A stretch of DNA of 64,000 nucleotides, taken from contig JAGIQG010000012.1 of the NCBI GenBank assembly GCA_024679065.1, positions 55,118,001-55,182,000 on the forward strand, in the 5' to 3' direction. Positions 25,621-38,129 of this stretch are shown piece by piece. Position numbers and translations under genes: made by a program. How positions within the stretch are numbered: the first letter of the stretch is position 1; each line of letters opens with the position of its first letter. This DNA comes from Sphyrna mokarran. Its lineage: Eukaryota. Below the pieces are notes generated by a model. That model saw only the letters and a list, made by a program, of their open reading frames with translations. It did no database searches and was not told the origin of the DNA.

Positions 25621-28600
25621 TCTAATTATATTAGACTGGCTGCCATCGTCTTCAAACCTAAATACCTTGCACCCTTTTCCCAGAAAAAGAATCTAAGCCC
25701 CTTTTAATCTCCAACAATCTAACCACTCAGGTTTGCTATCAGGCAGTCATCAGGTTACGTGGCTTCCTTCGTTTATCTTCAATGAAAGACACAGTCCAAA
25801 AACATAACCACCTTCTAAACCATATAAACGTAAAAGTACCACTGTTAATGTAGTAAGGCTGTAAATTAAGAGCTGCGCTAATTCCTCTCATTGTCAGCAA
25901 AGGTCTGCTATTACTTCTTCAACTCTCTTTGGTTATCCCCTTGCCATAATGATATGCTATTGTCACCTAACTTTTGTTCTACATGAAGCAATAATCCTTG
26001 GAACCCACTGGATTGCTTTAAGGGCATCTCCAGATGGATTCAGGATTAATGCTCAAGAAACCTTGACTACCTTTCACTCTTGGGAGTGGACTGACAAGAT
26101 GGGTGGCTTAAAATTAGGTGTAATGTCATGGGGAGATTTGGAGGAAGGCAGTCACCGACTTGTCTCTACTAGAATTTTACCAGTAGTAGGAAAGGTGGTG
26201 GAAGGCCTGTTTATTCAGTCACCCATTCAATGTTCAATTAATGCCCACAAATACTCTTCCCAATTTTAGCAGGGACAGGGAGTCAACTTGGAGTGTGGTG
26301 GAGTCCCTCCAGTTCACGCAACCTGTGCCCTTTAGAGTATCTCTCCAGAGAGGAAAGGGCCATCCCCAGTTTTTACACAGCCCCCACACCTACCCCAGTG
26401 AGCTCATCCCACTTACCTGCTTTTCTGGCCTACACCATAGTTCCCAGGTTGGGGACTGGTCGCAGTCCCAGCAGTGCCTTAGGATAGGGGAGTGAAAGCT
26501 ACTATCTCAGACAATTCATCACCTGCGACTGTAAAATCGGGTTGCAGTTTCCAGGGTTGGTGAAAATGGGATGGCCAAGCGCAAGGGCCACCAGTTCAAA
26601 GCTACGCTAGTTTTTATGATGAGTGAAAAGAAATGAATAAGTTATTGTTTTCACCTATTAAAAATATAGTTTGTGGGGGTGGGACCCCAGCAGAACTTTG
26701 TGCATGTTTCTATTCTCTAAGAGCTCTACCTTTCTCACTCAACAACAGTGTAGGTGGCTATATAACTATTGTTTTCCATTTACCCTAGCTTTCTATTTAA
26801 CTTTCAGTGTTGTATCAGGTAGTATGATAAAGCAAAACAAATTGAACAGTTGCCATTCTATGGGTATAGATGGTGATCTGCTGAACTGGGCCAATGATTT
26901 ATTGAGAAAGTGCAAGAATTGGGTATTAATTAATACATATTGGTTTCATTGCAGCAACTGTAGAAATTCTTCAAGAAAGCTTATTTTACTATACATTTTC
27001 ATCAAGAACCAAATTTCTGTCATCAAAAGTAATGTTTTCTGCAGAGTGATTAATGTGCCACGTGAGGGAGAAGCTGTGGTTTTGTCTGTGCTGGGTGGGA
27101 AGAATGGGGTATAAAACACAACTGGATAGTAGTCATATGACTGGTCCAACACAGAGATGAGCAACTCAATACATCTGTCGAGACATACTGATACTCCATA
27201 CCCAGAGATGATCAATGCTTTTGGTATGAACATTCAATTACATGGCTTAGAAATGCCATTCACACCACTACAACAAAAAAGAGGTTAATTATCTAGGGAA
27301 TCTGGAAAGATGACGATAATTAGCACAAGCCTAAACCTATCTGTCACTCAGAAAGTTCAATGTTCCAAATTGTATTTCCACCTGTAATTTTGTAACTTTA
27401 TTTGCAGGCTGCAAAGAAAACATATTCTGGATTCATTATGGTCCAAAACTATGCTGATAATTTATTTTAACCCAGATGGATACTGTCTGGCTGCATATAT
27501 GGGAGGAATTACCAAAGTTTATGTCAGACAAGTCCATAGCAGCTCAGCACTACACAATAAGTCTGCATAAAATGCCAGCATTAAAGTCTTGGACTGATTT
27601 TCCTGACAGTGAAGCTCTCTTCTTGAGTACTTTCGTAATGTAGATCTCAAGACATTGAACAACTACAAGGGTTGCATTTGTAAAAAGGTGTCCTGGTTAC
27701 AGCTACACACTCAGTCCACTAGCTGCAACTGCAGCACAATCCTAATCCATGACAATGTCATATTGCCAGTTATTCATTGCACCCCATTGCATCCCACAAA
27801 AAAAGAAAATGCTTTCAATCTTTCCTGTTCAACCGCAAGACTGTAAATCAACATTGCCGGATGCCATATTTTCTCTTCTCACTGACATAGAAATCTGTTG
27901 TGTCTGGAATTATTTCTGATCTTTAACCAGATAATTTTTTTTGCCAATTGTCTGCACATTATTAGTAATTCAATTTCATAGCAGTTTGCTTTTCATAAAA
28001 CAAACAAAAACAGAGATAGCACTTTGAAGGTATTTTGATGATGGAATTGTGCCTTTCCATGTGGATATAGGTGTTGCCCTTGAGTAAATAGAACATATTT
28101 TATGATCCCAGCTGATGTTACTACTGTACAAGTCAGATCCCAGGATGAACCCAGCTTCATTTGGATTTCTCGATTTCCAAGGACTTCTCCTTAATTCAAT
28201 CCAGATGCTTATCACATTGTGAGCCAATTGGTCTCACTAGAACTCTGTCTTACACACCAGGGTTTCCAGTCTCTGCTCTTGAAGAATATGCCTCAGAACT
28301 CTACACCAACTGGCGTGATGCATCCAAGTTTCACCCTCCACACACACTTTTAAATACTCAGCTATGCCAACAGAACAGCACTGCTTTATAGGCCCATAAT
28401 AAAGAGGCACTAGCCCTCTAGTCACCTTGGATCTCTGGCTTTTTGCAAGTTCCCTTTGCTTTTTGTCAGCATTTTGTGGCTTCCTCATTTTAACTTGGAG
28501 TTTCTTCTCTGCTCCCCATTCTTAACTTCACTTAACAGGACCTTTTCCAGATTCCTATTCTTTTCCTTTGTCAAGAAAATCTTCTTAAAACCTTATTCTG

Positions 28601-29766
28601 TCTCTCTCTCTCTCTGACTGTAGCACCTTTCTGTGTTTGGGGCCTACAATGTGCAATCACCCTTCATGTCTTACTAGAGAGAGACAACTGCTGCTTGCAC
28701 CTCAGAGTATAATCGCCAACTGAACTCAAACTGCTTTTCATGTATCTGTGAGCCCCCACCTCAGCTGCCAGGCAGCAGCGTAGTTTTCCCCACTTTAAAA
28801 GTTGTAAAACGTCATTAAAAATGCAGGCATCTTTTAAAGCGAAACTAAAACTCCTTAACATACCATTGCAGATATATAATCTTAAATTGAAAATTATACT
28901 TTATGCTCAATACACAAAAACACAAGTATAAATTACTTAAAACTATCTCTATTTCCTAACAATATATAATATGTAAAAGAAAAGTGGTCACAAATCCATA
29001 CTATATTGGGGATGGAAGATTTAGTAGAGTTAAAGAATAATAGAAAGAGGGTAAAATCAAATAAATCAACCTAATTGTTTTCAGTTAACCCATTTTCACA
29101 CATTTTACAATCCTGACCTAAATGTGCTCGAAGAAGTTTGTGAAATGTTTGATATTTACCAGTGCAAGTCATACTTTCTTTGACGGTGAAATCAAAAAAC
29201 TGGGTGAAATTCTCACAAACACTCCATACAGCAGTCTTATAAATTCAGTCCTTTTCAGTCAAATTTTGTCCTTTTCAAAAGATGGTTTTAATGTAGCAAC
29301 AACTTCATCAAAAGGTTCCTGATTGTCTTTTGCCAAAAGTGCAAGTGATGCCGTATTGTTTGGAGCATTTATAGGCATCAGTGAAGATGCCTGTAGAAAA
29401 TGTAGCTATTATTTAAATATTATAATCACGACCTCTTCCTGACTTTCATGACTATGTGTGAATCAAAGTTATCTCCTTATTCAGGCCAGCAGATCATGAC
29501 AAAACAGGCTAGCAACAGCTCTTAGAAGCAGTATTTAGACATCCTTCACTTCACTAAACTGAGTCCCTGGTTAGTCATTTTCGGGTCCTGGAATGTTTTG
29601 GGCCTAGGGTTTGGCTGCTTTGGATACTACTGGCTGTTAAATACTTTGGAAGAATGAGGCTGTGGGGCACTTCAACTGTTTCAGAGTCTCCATGTTCGTA
29701 GTTGGTGAAAATGGGCATGCTCGTCCTTTATAATAATATTCTCCTTAAATTTTATCTTACGTTAGT

Positions 29767-29900
29767 CAGGGATTCTTTGATGTCGTACATCCTGCCATGG
29801 CTGCCAGCAAGAATGGAGAATTTGGCGCTCAGCCAAATCTCCATTCACTGCAGTGGGATTAGAGAATCCCAGCTACAGGCGCGGCCAGAAAATTACAGTC
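29767..29900. mobile_element. Short MITE (second family)
   Basis: Reverse-complement homolog of 52914-53040 ('gagaatttggcgctcagccaaatctccattcactgcagtggga'), with GAATT-type termini. Confidence 0.6.
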
Positions 29901-31317
29901 TCTCTCTCTTTATTCTCATCAGGCTGCTGCACATATATAAATATGAATTATATATATATTTTTTTTTAGGTAATTTTTTAAAAAATCTGGTCCTTTATTG
30001 CCTGAGCTACTTTGTTCTTTTTTAAATATGTTTCCAGGAGATTCATGTACCCACATTTATTAAGGAAACCAGTCAAATAGTAATTACACCTTGCCATCCC
30101 TTTGTTGGGAGAGAGGATGGATGTTTGGATACAATTAAACTACGATAATTTCACATTGGCAGCAGCTGTTGTGAACGTACACATAATTAAATAATGGGAC
30201 ACAATGATGGGAAGTCTGCACAGACTCAAATGTCTTAAAATTTGCATTTAGCACGTAAGTACCACACTTGTTTCCTGTAATATTCCCCATCGCACTCTTC
30301 AGACTCACTATGAGTAATGCCTTGGGAAATTTCCTACTGCTGCACGTCGATCTCCTAAAGCCAAATAATTATGAGGGGGAAGGCTAAAGTTCAGATTTGT
30401 CTGCTCTGGTCCCCAGAGGTAGGGTCAAAGAGGGGCCAGAGACCTCCAGCTGGATCCAATGGCTGTAGTATTCCTCTGAGATCAACATTGTTCTTCTAAC
30501 CCACTGCTGGCCCGTTCCCACTAGTCCCAGTTTCCACAACCACTTCCCATAAAATACTGTCCATTCATTTATGTGCAACAGACAGAAAGTTTTGCTCCTG
30601 AACAGATAGAGACCTGCAGTTTGCTGAAAGATATTCAAAGGGTGCACCTGTAAGTGACTTGGACTTTACATATGTTGCTTTGGAAAGGCAAAGCTGGCAA
30701 ACTGGTAATGTCATGGTTGTTTGGTGCCCAACCTTGAACTCCCTTCCAAACGCTTCACAGTTGCATGCACAAGTGTCCAACCTCAAAGTGATCGGAGAGC
30801 TCATTTGCTTGCACTTGCCCACTTCTAGCTATCAAAAAGCATGGTGGAAGCAGAATAATAGTTAAAAGTGAGGTGTAAATGTTTAAAGAAATAAAAAAAA
30901 ACAGTGGAAAGGGCTGGGGAATGGGTTAATGGTCTCTTTCTATGTTGAAAATATTTATGATTGATCAGAGAACTTTGCATGGTGAGGACAATAAGAACTT
31001 AATTGTTTTTGAGATTGCAAACCAAACTGGTAGAGGTAATGCGACTTTATCTTTTAAACACATTGCTGAGTTTACAGCAGAAATATTTTAGGTGTGCAAT
31101 TCTGATCTGGAGCGGTAGCACTGTGGAAGCAGCAGGACCACCAAGGGGGCTGTGTAATGCCCCCAGCTAAATCTGGCAGAACCTCTGTTATGCCCTATGC
31201 TGAGAAGGGCATTTGTAACGGCACTCTGCATGTGGTGGAAGCTTCTAAACATGCTTAGTCCTGCAGACTGATATACAAAACTGAATCACATAGATCCATT
31301 CAACATACTCTCTTAGG

Positions 31318-31438
31318 ACGAAAGCAAAATACTGCGGATGCTGGAATCTGAAACAAAAACAGAAAATGCTGACAGCATCCGTGGAGAGAACAGAGCTAAC
31401 GTTTCAATTCTGGATGACCCTTCGTTAGAGCTCTGCTC
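31318..31438 (-). mobile_element. Penelope terminal-repeat fragment containing a type I hammerhead ribozyme motif (core mutated)
   Basis: Minus strand reads GAGCAGAGCT-CTAACGA-AGGGTCATCCAGAATT-GAAACGTT-AGCTCTGTTC, then 'tctccacggatgctgtcagcattttctg...ttccagcatccgcagtattttgcttt'. Confidence 0.8.
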
Positions 31439-31879
31439 AGCAGTGTTGCCCTGTATACTGCTCAAAGTTCCTTAACAGTAGCAGAATGTCTCTGTGACTT
31501 TGCTCACTGGATGCGTAAAACTATTCTTTTCGGCTTGCCTCACAGAAGCCCACCCAAATCCAGTGTGTCCCACCATGTGCAGAACTCAAATCTATAATAG
31601 TCTCCATTAACAGATATCTGCATTGTTGGCCATGAATGTCAGATTAAGTGATCTGGTCTCCTCATAACTGGCATGGTATTGCTTTCTCAGCACTCTCCTG
31701 CTGGATGTGGTGTGGTTGTGCAGACAGCAGTTCTTTGGTGGCTGAAAAGATGAAAGCAGAAAAGAAGTTGGGGTAAGAAAGAACACAGGATATCCAAAGA
31801 CACACTACCTGCAGCTGGTACATCAGGCAAGATGAGGATAAGCTGCAAGCTGAGAAGGAAAATATGCCAGGAATATATC

Positions 31880-32700
31880 ATATTCAATGTTCTCAATAAT
31901 GCAAGATGCCAGGAGTTCTGTTGCAGTCAACCTCATAATGCGGAGAACCACTTCCTTTGTGGGCTCATGAGATTCAGGCATTCTTGCCTCTGACTGATTC
32001 TGCTCTGCTTCCTTCTATAATGTGCCACCTATATTGCAATAAAGAGTGCATGAAGTCAGTCATTGTTTTGTTTTGTTTTGCATTTGATGATCTACCTGCC
32101 ATAGTTGAATAGCAGGCTGTGTGGAAGCAGCCGGATCTGGATGAGAAGTTGGCATCATTTGAATGTGTGTGATGGTGAAGTATCTAAATGAAAGGGGGGG
32201 TGAATCCTCATAGCCAGAGGCTGCCAATGGGTGAGTGAAGAGGATGTGATGCATTGAGCAGTGTGAGATGTTGATGCTGTAGTTGGTAGATTTAGGCTGG
32301 AATTTTCCAGCCATTCATGCCAGCAGGATTCAGTCACTGACCTCGACTATTCATATGAGGTCATTAGACTTCTTATGCTAATAGGTTCTTGAGGTCAATT
32401 CATCAGGAATTATCTCCCAGACCATCTGGTTCCTTTCTGCAGGTGGTCCTCAAGAGGCTCCTGTGCCTCTGTGGAACCATTAACTCTATTTATGTGCATC
32501 TCCAATGTCACATCACAGAACATTCGCTCTCTCTTGGCATTCCATATTCCTTCTTCAAAATTGCAACAATAACATTCAGCAGCAGCCTCCTAAAATTCAG
32601 TGCAACTCTCCTTTAAGAGGGATGGATGGTCATTAAGAAAGGCAGGTTGGGTGCACCATGCACCATCAACGCATGCTGCTCAACTCTGTGTTGAGCACTC
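31880..32700 (-). mobile_element. Highly decayed Harbinger-type Myb/SANT relic
   Basis: Antisense translations WEIIPDE...HKKSNDLI, followed by a 'gtcagt' donor at about 32335. Boundaries are uncertain. Confidence 0.4.
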
Positions 32701-32749
32701 AGGCAACCAGCAGCATAGGTTACGACTGGATCAATGCTACAATCAGGTA

Positions 32750-33530
32750 AATGATGTCATGTCATGTGATAGACAATCTGGTGAACTGGTGCAGTAATAA
32801 TCTCTCCTCAATGCCAACAAAACAAATTGTCATTGACTTCAGGAAGCGTAAAGGAGAACATGCCCCTGTCTACATCAACAGGGACAAAGTAGAAAGAGTT
32901 GAAATATTCAAGTTTTTAGGTATCCAGATCAACCTGTCCTGGTCCTTCCATGCGACATTACAGTTAAGAAAGCTCACTACGCCTCTACTTTCTTAGAAGA
33001 CTAAGGAAATTTGGCATGTCAGCTATGACTCTCACCAACCTTTAGACATGCATCATAGGGAACATGCTTTCTGGTTGTATCACAGTTTAGTATAGTTCCT
33101 GCTCTGCTCAAGACCACAAGGAACTACAAAAGGTCTGAATGTAGCCCAATCCATCATGTAAGCCAGTCTCTCATCCACCGACTCTGTCTACACTTCCCGC
33201 TACCTCGGCAAAGCAACCAGCATAATTAAGAATCCCATGCACCCCAAACATTCTCTCCTCCACCTTCTTCTGTTGGGTAAAAGGTACAAATGTCTGAGGT
33301 CACATACCAAATGACTCAAAAACAGCTTCTTCCCTGCCACTGTCAGACTTTTGAATGGACTTACCTTGCATTAACTTGATCTTTCTCTACATTCTATGTA
33401 TGGCTATAAATTGACATTCTTAAGTCTTTTATTTTCTTTTCTGTATGGTATGCTTCATCCATATAGCAGGCAAGAAACAATATTTTTCGCTGTATGCTAA
33501 TGCATGTGATAATAATAAATCAAATCAAAT
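32750..33530 (+). mobile_element. Rex1/Babar LINE 3' fragment
   Basis: NLVNWCSNNL...IVIDFRKRKGEHAPVYINRDKVERVEIFKFLGIQI. Colinear with 2660-3440 and ends in a (caaat)n tail. Confidence 0.9.
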
Positions 33531-33920
33531 GTTCATGTGAATCACAACTTTTATAGTCAAAAATTGGCACAGACCAATTTCTAACCCTCTTTCTCTTGAC
33601 AGAATAATTAAAACACTCAGGGAAGAAGCTCTGTACTTTCGAAATAGTGTTTATTTTTCTCTAAAAATAGATTGCTGGGAAAAGATTGTGGCCCATCCAA
33701 TTACTGGAATGTGTCTTGAAAAAGCCATTCGTAAAGTGTGATATGACAGACAAGTACCACTTTCAGTGAGTAAATATCTTCTGCTCTAAACACTGCCAAA
33801 TTCCAGACTTTCATAAAGAAAAGTAGGAATGAAGGAGAATGAGGAGATGTAATGGACAAGATTCTCCAGTCTCCCGGCTGATACATAACAGTTATCTATT
33901 TGAACTGGCTGGAATGTAAT

Positions 33921-34143
33921 GGCTGGAATTCTCCAGCTGTTTGCGCTGACAGGACTCTCCGGTCCCACTGGCAGCAGACCCCTACCCACATGTTTCCCAC
34001 TGGCAGGAGGTGGTGTGTTGTTTGCTAGCGGCAGGATTCTTTGGTCCTACCACTGTCAATGGAATTCTCATTAACGTCACACCATGCTGGCAGGAAACCC
34101 GTGGGCAAGGCTGCGCTGCTGGCAGAACCAGAGAATTTTTAGC
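33921..34143. mobile_element. MITE-like element
   Basis: aat|GGCTGGAATTCTCC ... 'agagaatttttagc', with internal inverted segments. Confidence 0.6.
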
Positions 34144-36309
34144 AAAAAGCAAAAATAAAGTGTAGCAAATAACTTTTTTCTAATCTGAGTTTTCACTTGC
34201 ATTTCCAGAGGACACTAAAACAAATAGCACATATTTGCTGGCATAAATTGATTTATGCCAATTTTCTGAAGGCAGGCAACATCGTGGCCCACTACCTGCA
34301 CAGTCAGCTTGATGCTCTTCATTAATATCAACAGAAGCATTGATAGATGAACACATTTCTCACATAATGGGCACAATATATATAAAAAATGTACGCTCAA
34401 GAAAGTTCAAAATATCTCAGAAGACCTGTAATTATTTGACATTCAAATTTATAATATTGGAATATCTTTATTATGAAACTGTCTAAAAATTTAGCCTTCA
34501 GGTATTATATCAAATATATTATTAGTGAGACCCTCTTGATAATATCATTAACAGAGTTTGCAGATGAGAGTTTATTAAGCAAATGATTTCATTAGGCAAA
34601 TTGATTTTTTTTTACTGAAAAGGTCTTTTAAGAATTTGCTTCATCAATTCAAAATGTGTCAATTTGTCATTACATAAGCCACATTTTGCCTCTTTTCTCA
34701 TTTGTTCGTAATTCACTGAATTTTATCTAACCAGAAATAACTGAAAAATTACTAAACAAAACAATGTGAAAATGTGTGCAGTTAATACACTTAGATTTTT
34801 TACTGTGGTGTGTCAAGAGAAGAGTGCCCTCTGATCTTTAATCAGTCAGGTTTAGAGGTGCATTGGTATACAATTATGAATAGCAGCAGTCTTTTAAACC
34901 GTCTCCCACCGATTTATTTGTTGCCTGCTCTAAAGCATCGTTTATAAATAGTTCTCGAGCGTGTCAAAAGAGGCGGCCAACAAGATTACATTGAGATAAA
35001 AATACAAAAAAAAACTTTAGGCTAAATTGCCTAAAACCTTGACTTATGATGCACTGTTTACAGTGACTGAACACCGCAGTGCCAAATAGGATAACATTTA
35101 ATACAAGACAAAGGTAACTTGTCCTCCTTTCATAAGGAATTGCAAACAAAAGTATGTCAGCATATCAAGCTTAGTTAAAGGTTTCCCCTGGTAAAAAGCT
35201 GCTCACAAGTAGCCCCAGATGCAAGCTTATGCTTGGGAGACAAACAGATGTGACTATGGTTGCTGGGGTTTGGCATTAACACTCATTGTCAATATGGAAT
35301 ATATACACTTGGACAGGGCATCAGCTGCACAATAGCAAAACAGCCCTTGGAATGTCAAAACAGCACCAAAGTTGTGAGAGAGGAAAAGATCCATGACAAC
35401 CAGTTTGCTGTTAGAATTAAAAAGTCAGCCAGGATCACGGTCTATCACAAGATGAAAAAAAAATGTACAGTTAACTTAAAATGCACATTCTGCACGGACT
35501 GATGAAACCACAGCACTGCAGACTAGATATCATACCATTCTTTTAAAATAATTTAGCTATTTTAGGGAGTTTTATTATTAACACATCATTGATAAAATAA
35601 CTATTCAAAGTCAATATGATATAAATCACTGCACACACCTGGTTAATTGAAACAGACTACTGCATTTATTGTTATACATCGATGAGCTTGTATCTTCAGC
35701 ATATCCAACCTTAAGGATAGTTGGCATAGGTTTAAAATTAAATAGTACTTTTATCAATTATTTAGCAGATATGTATGAAATGTATTTGAAATATCCCAAT
35801 TGAGAATTGTCAGGCTATAATCACTTGTATAATCTTCTTCAAAAGTATTATTTTTTTCCTGAAATAACCTTGATAATCAGAACCAGAAATCAAGCCAGCA
35901 GGAATCAAAATGCAAAATGTAACGGTGATTTTTAAAACTATCGACTGCAAACATTTGAGTAGCTTGGAGTTAGATTTAATTGAAAGCATTAAAAGTCTAA
36001 TATGTCAATGAGATATAAATGTATGAAATTTGAAGAGGTAGTACACAAATTAACATATGTAATAAAATCAATGCAGTTAAGTACTAGAATTATCGAACAA
36101 CTTCTAAGAGAGGAGATAAATAATTTTTACTTCATATTTGAGTTGATACTTAATTGTGGTATTAACATAGCAGTAGTCTAAACTGACATCACAAATTTGC
36201 CTCAGCTATCTATTTATAACCTGAAAAACAGTGATGAATATGCAGAGCCAAGATGGAATATTGCACATAAATCTTCATGTTGTACACAAAGTTGACAGTT
36301 ACTATATTC

Positions 36310-36575
36310 GGTGGGATTTTCTAGCCATGCACATCCCAAGAGTGGAAATTCCTGCCTGTGCTCAATGGAGTTTTGAATGGTCTGCTGAATTTTCTATCTC
36401 ACCCGCTACAATTCCAGTGACAGGTGAGATGGGAGAATTTTGGCCACTGTCTGGAATTTTACTGCCCCACCCATGATGGGAATCGGACTGTGCGAGGGAT
36501 GGGCAATGGAAAGATCTGTTGACCTCAGGTTGGATTTTACGATTTTGGGATGAATAAGGCTGTAAAAACCTGCCC
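36310..36575. mobile_element. Two adjacent MITE copies in inverted orientation
   Basis: 36310-36445 aligns with the reverse complement of 36450-36575. Both belong to the 52053 family. Confidence 0.65.
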
Positions 36576-37630
36576 TTTGTTTCTCCTTGCCATCTAAAAA
36601 CATGCAGTATATAATATAGCAGAGCTGGAACAAATTAGGCTTAAGTACATGAGCGGATATTTTGGATCCAAAGAGAGTAAGCTTTACAAAAGGTAACCTC
36701 TGCAGCAAACGAATATTGTAATGCATGAAAATAATTTTTAAAATTATTGTGATAATAGTAAATAGGTTTGAAACAGAACACACACTTGGTCCTTGAAATT
36801 ATACTATGGAGTAATAATGAACAAGCCCCTTTTGCTTTCACCTGAAATTCCTTTTCTGCTACTTAAGAGGAGTTGTTAACACAACTAAAATAAATAGGTT
36901 AGTATCTCATCCAAGGTAGGAAAGAGCAATTCCAGATAAATAGATTAAATATTCATATGTTATTATTCCACAATATAATTACAAGGTATTAAGGTTTTAT
37001 TGCTACATAATGTCCCATACTGTTCTTGGCCTGTTTCACATGACACAGATTTCCTGAAGATTTCCAGTTGTATTGCACTTGTTTTGAAGTTTCTGCAAAC
37101 ATACTGGTGAAACTCATTTAGCATGCATTCTCAATTGGACATGAGCTCTGTTCTCAAATCCTTTGTGCATCTAACTGTTACTGTCATCTGAGAATGAACT
37201 GGAACAAGCAACTCTAAAACAGAGTCTCTTTTATATTTGAGTAAACATATGAACTTTTGATATGCTCTCAGTTCAAAAAGGATCTTCCTGCAAAAGTGAA
37301 CCTTAATTGTCTCAGTTGACAGCTGCCAAATCAGAGCTTTTCCAGCCTCTGAATAAGCTAAGCCTCAAAACACTATGACGATAAAAAGTTAAATGAGAAA
37401 AACCTTTCCATATGGTGTACTCTTACAATGTGAAAGTATTGTTAGTAATATGTAAAATTAAAACTGCTATTTGATAATCTGTACTTACAAAGCAGAAATC
37501 TGACTTGCTACAAAAAGTACATCAACGATGAACCCTTGAGTGTTCAGCCACGTAACTGAAGCTCAGCACTGGAGTAACTGTGGACGTTGAATGAAGTAAA
37601 ATATCTGGACTAAAATTTCAAATACATAAT

Positions 37631-37941
37631 GGGGCAATACGGTGGCACAGCGATTAGCACTGCTACTTCACAGCACCAGGGACCCAGCTTGGGTCACTGT
37701 GCAGAGAATGCATGTTCTCCCATGTCCACGTGGATTTTCTCCAGGTGCTCCTGTTTCCTCCCACATCCAAAAATATGTGGGTTAGATGAATTGGCTAAAT
37801 TGCCTCTTAGTGTCAGGGGGACTAGGTAGGGTAAATGCATGGGGTTATGGGGATAGGGCCTGGGTGGGATTGTGGTCAGTGAAAACTCAATGGGCCGAAT
37901 GGCTTTCTTCTGCACTGTGGGATTCTATGAAATCTATGATT
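37631..37941 (+). mobile_element. HE1/V-SINE with CR1-type tail
   Basis: tRNA head, V-domain 'ttctccccatgtccacgtggattttctccaggtgctcc', and tail 'tgggccgaatggctttcttctgcactgtgggattctatga'. Confidence 0.9.
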
Positions 37942-38129
37942 ATAGCCAACAAAAATCTGAACCATAACACAAATAAAAATCCCAGTGTGGCATAAAACAG
38001 CTGTTAACAAGAATAAACAGTATAAATGAAAGACAAAGATAATTTGGAATTTTCCATTATTATTCTTGTATCATAATATTCACTTGTCAGATATATATTT
38101 TGGTAGAAGTTAGTATTTTTGGTAATATC

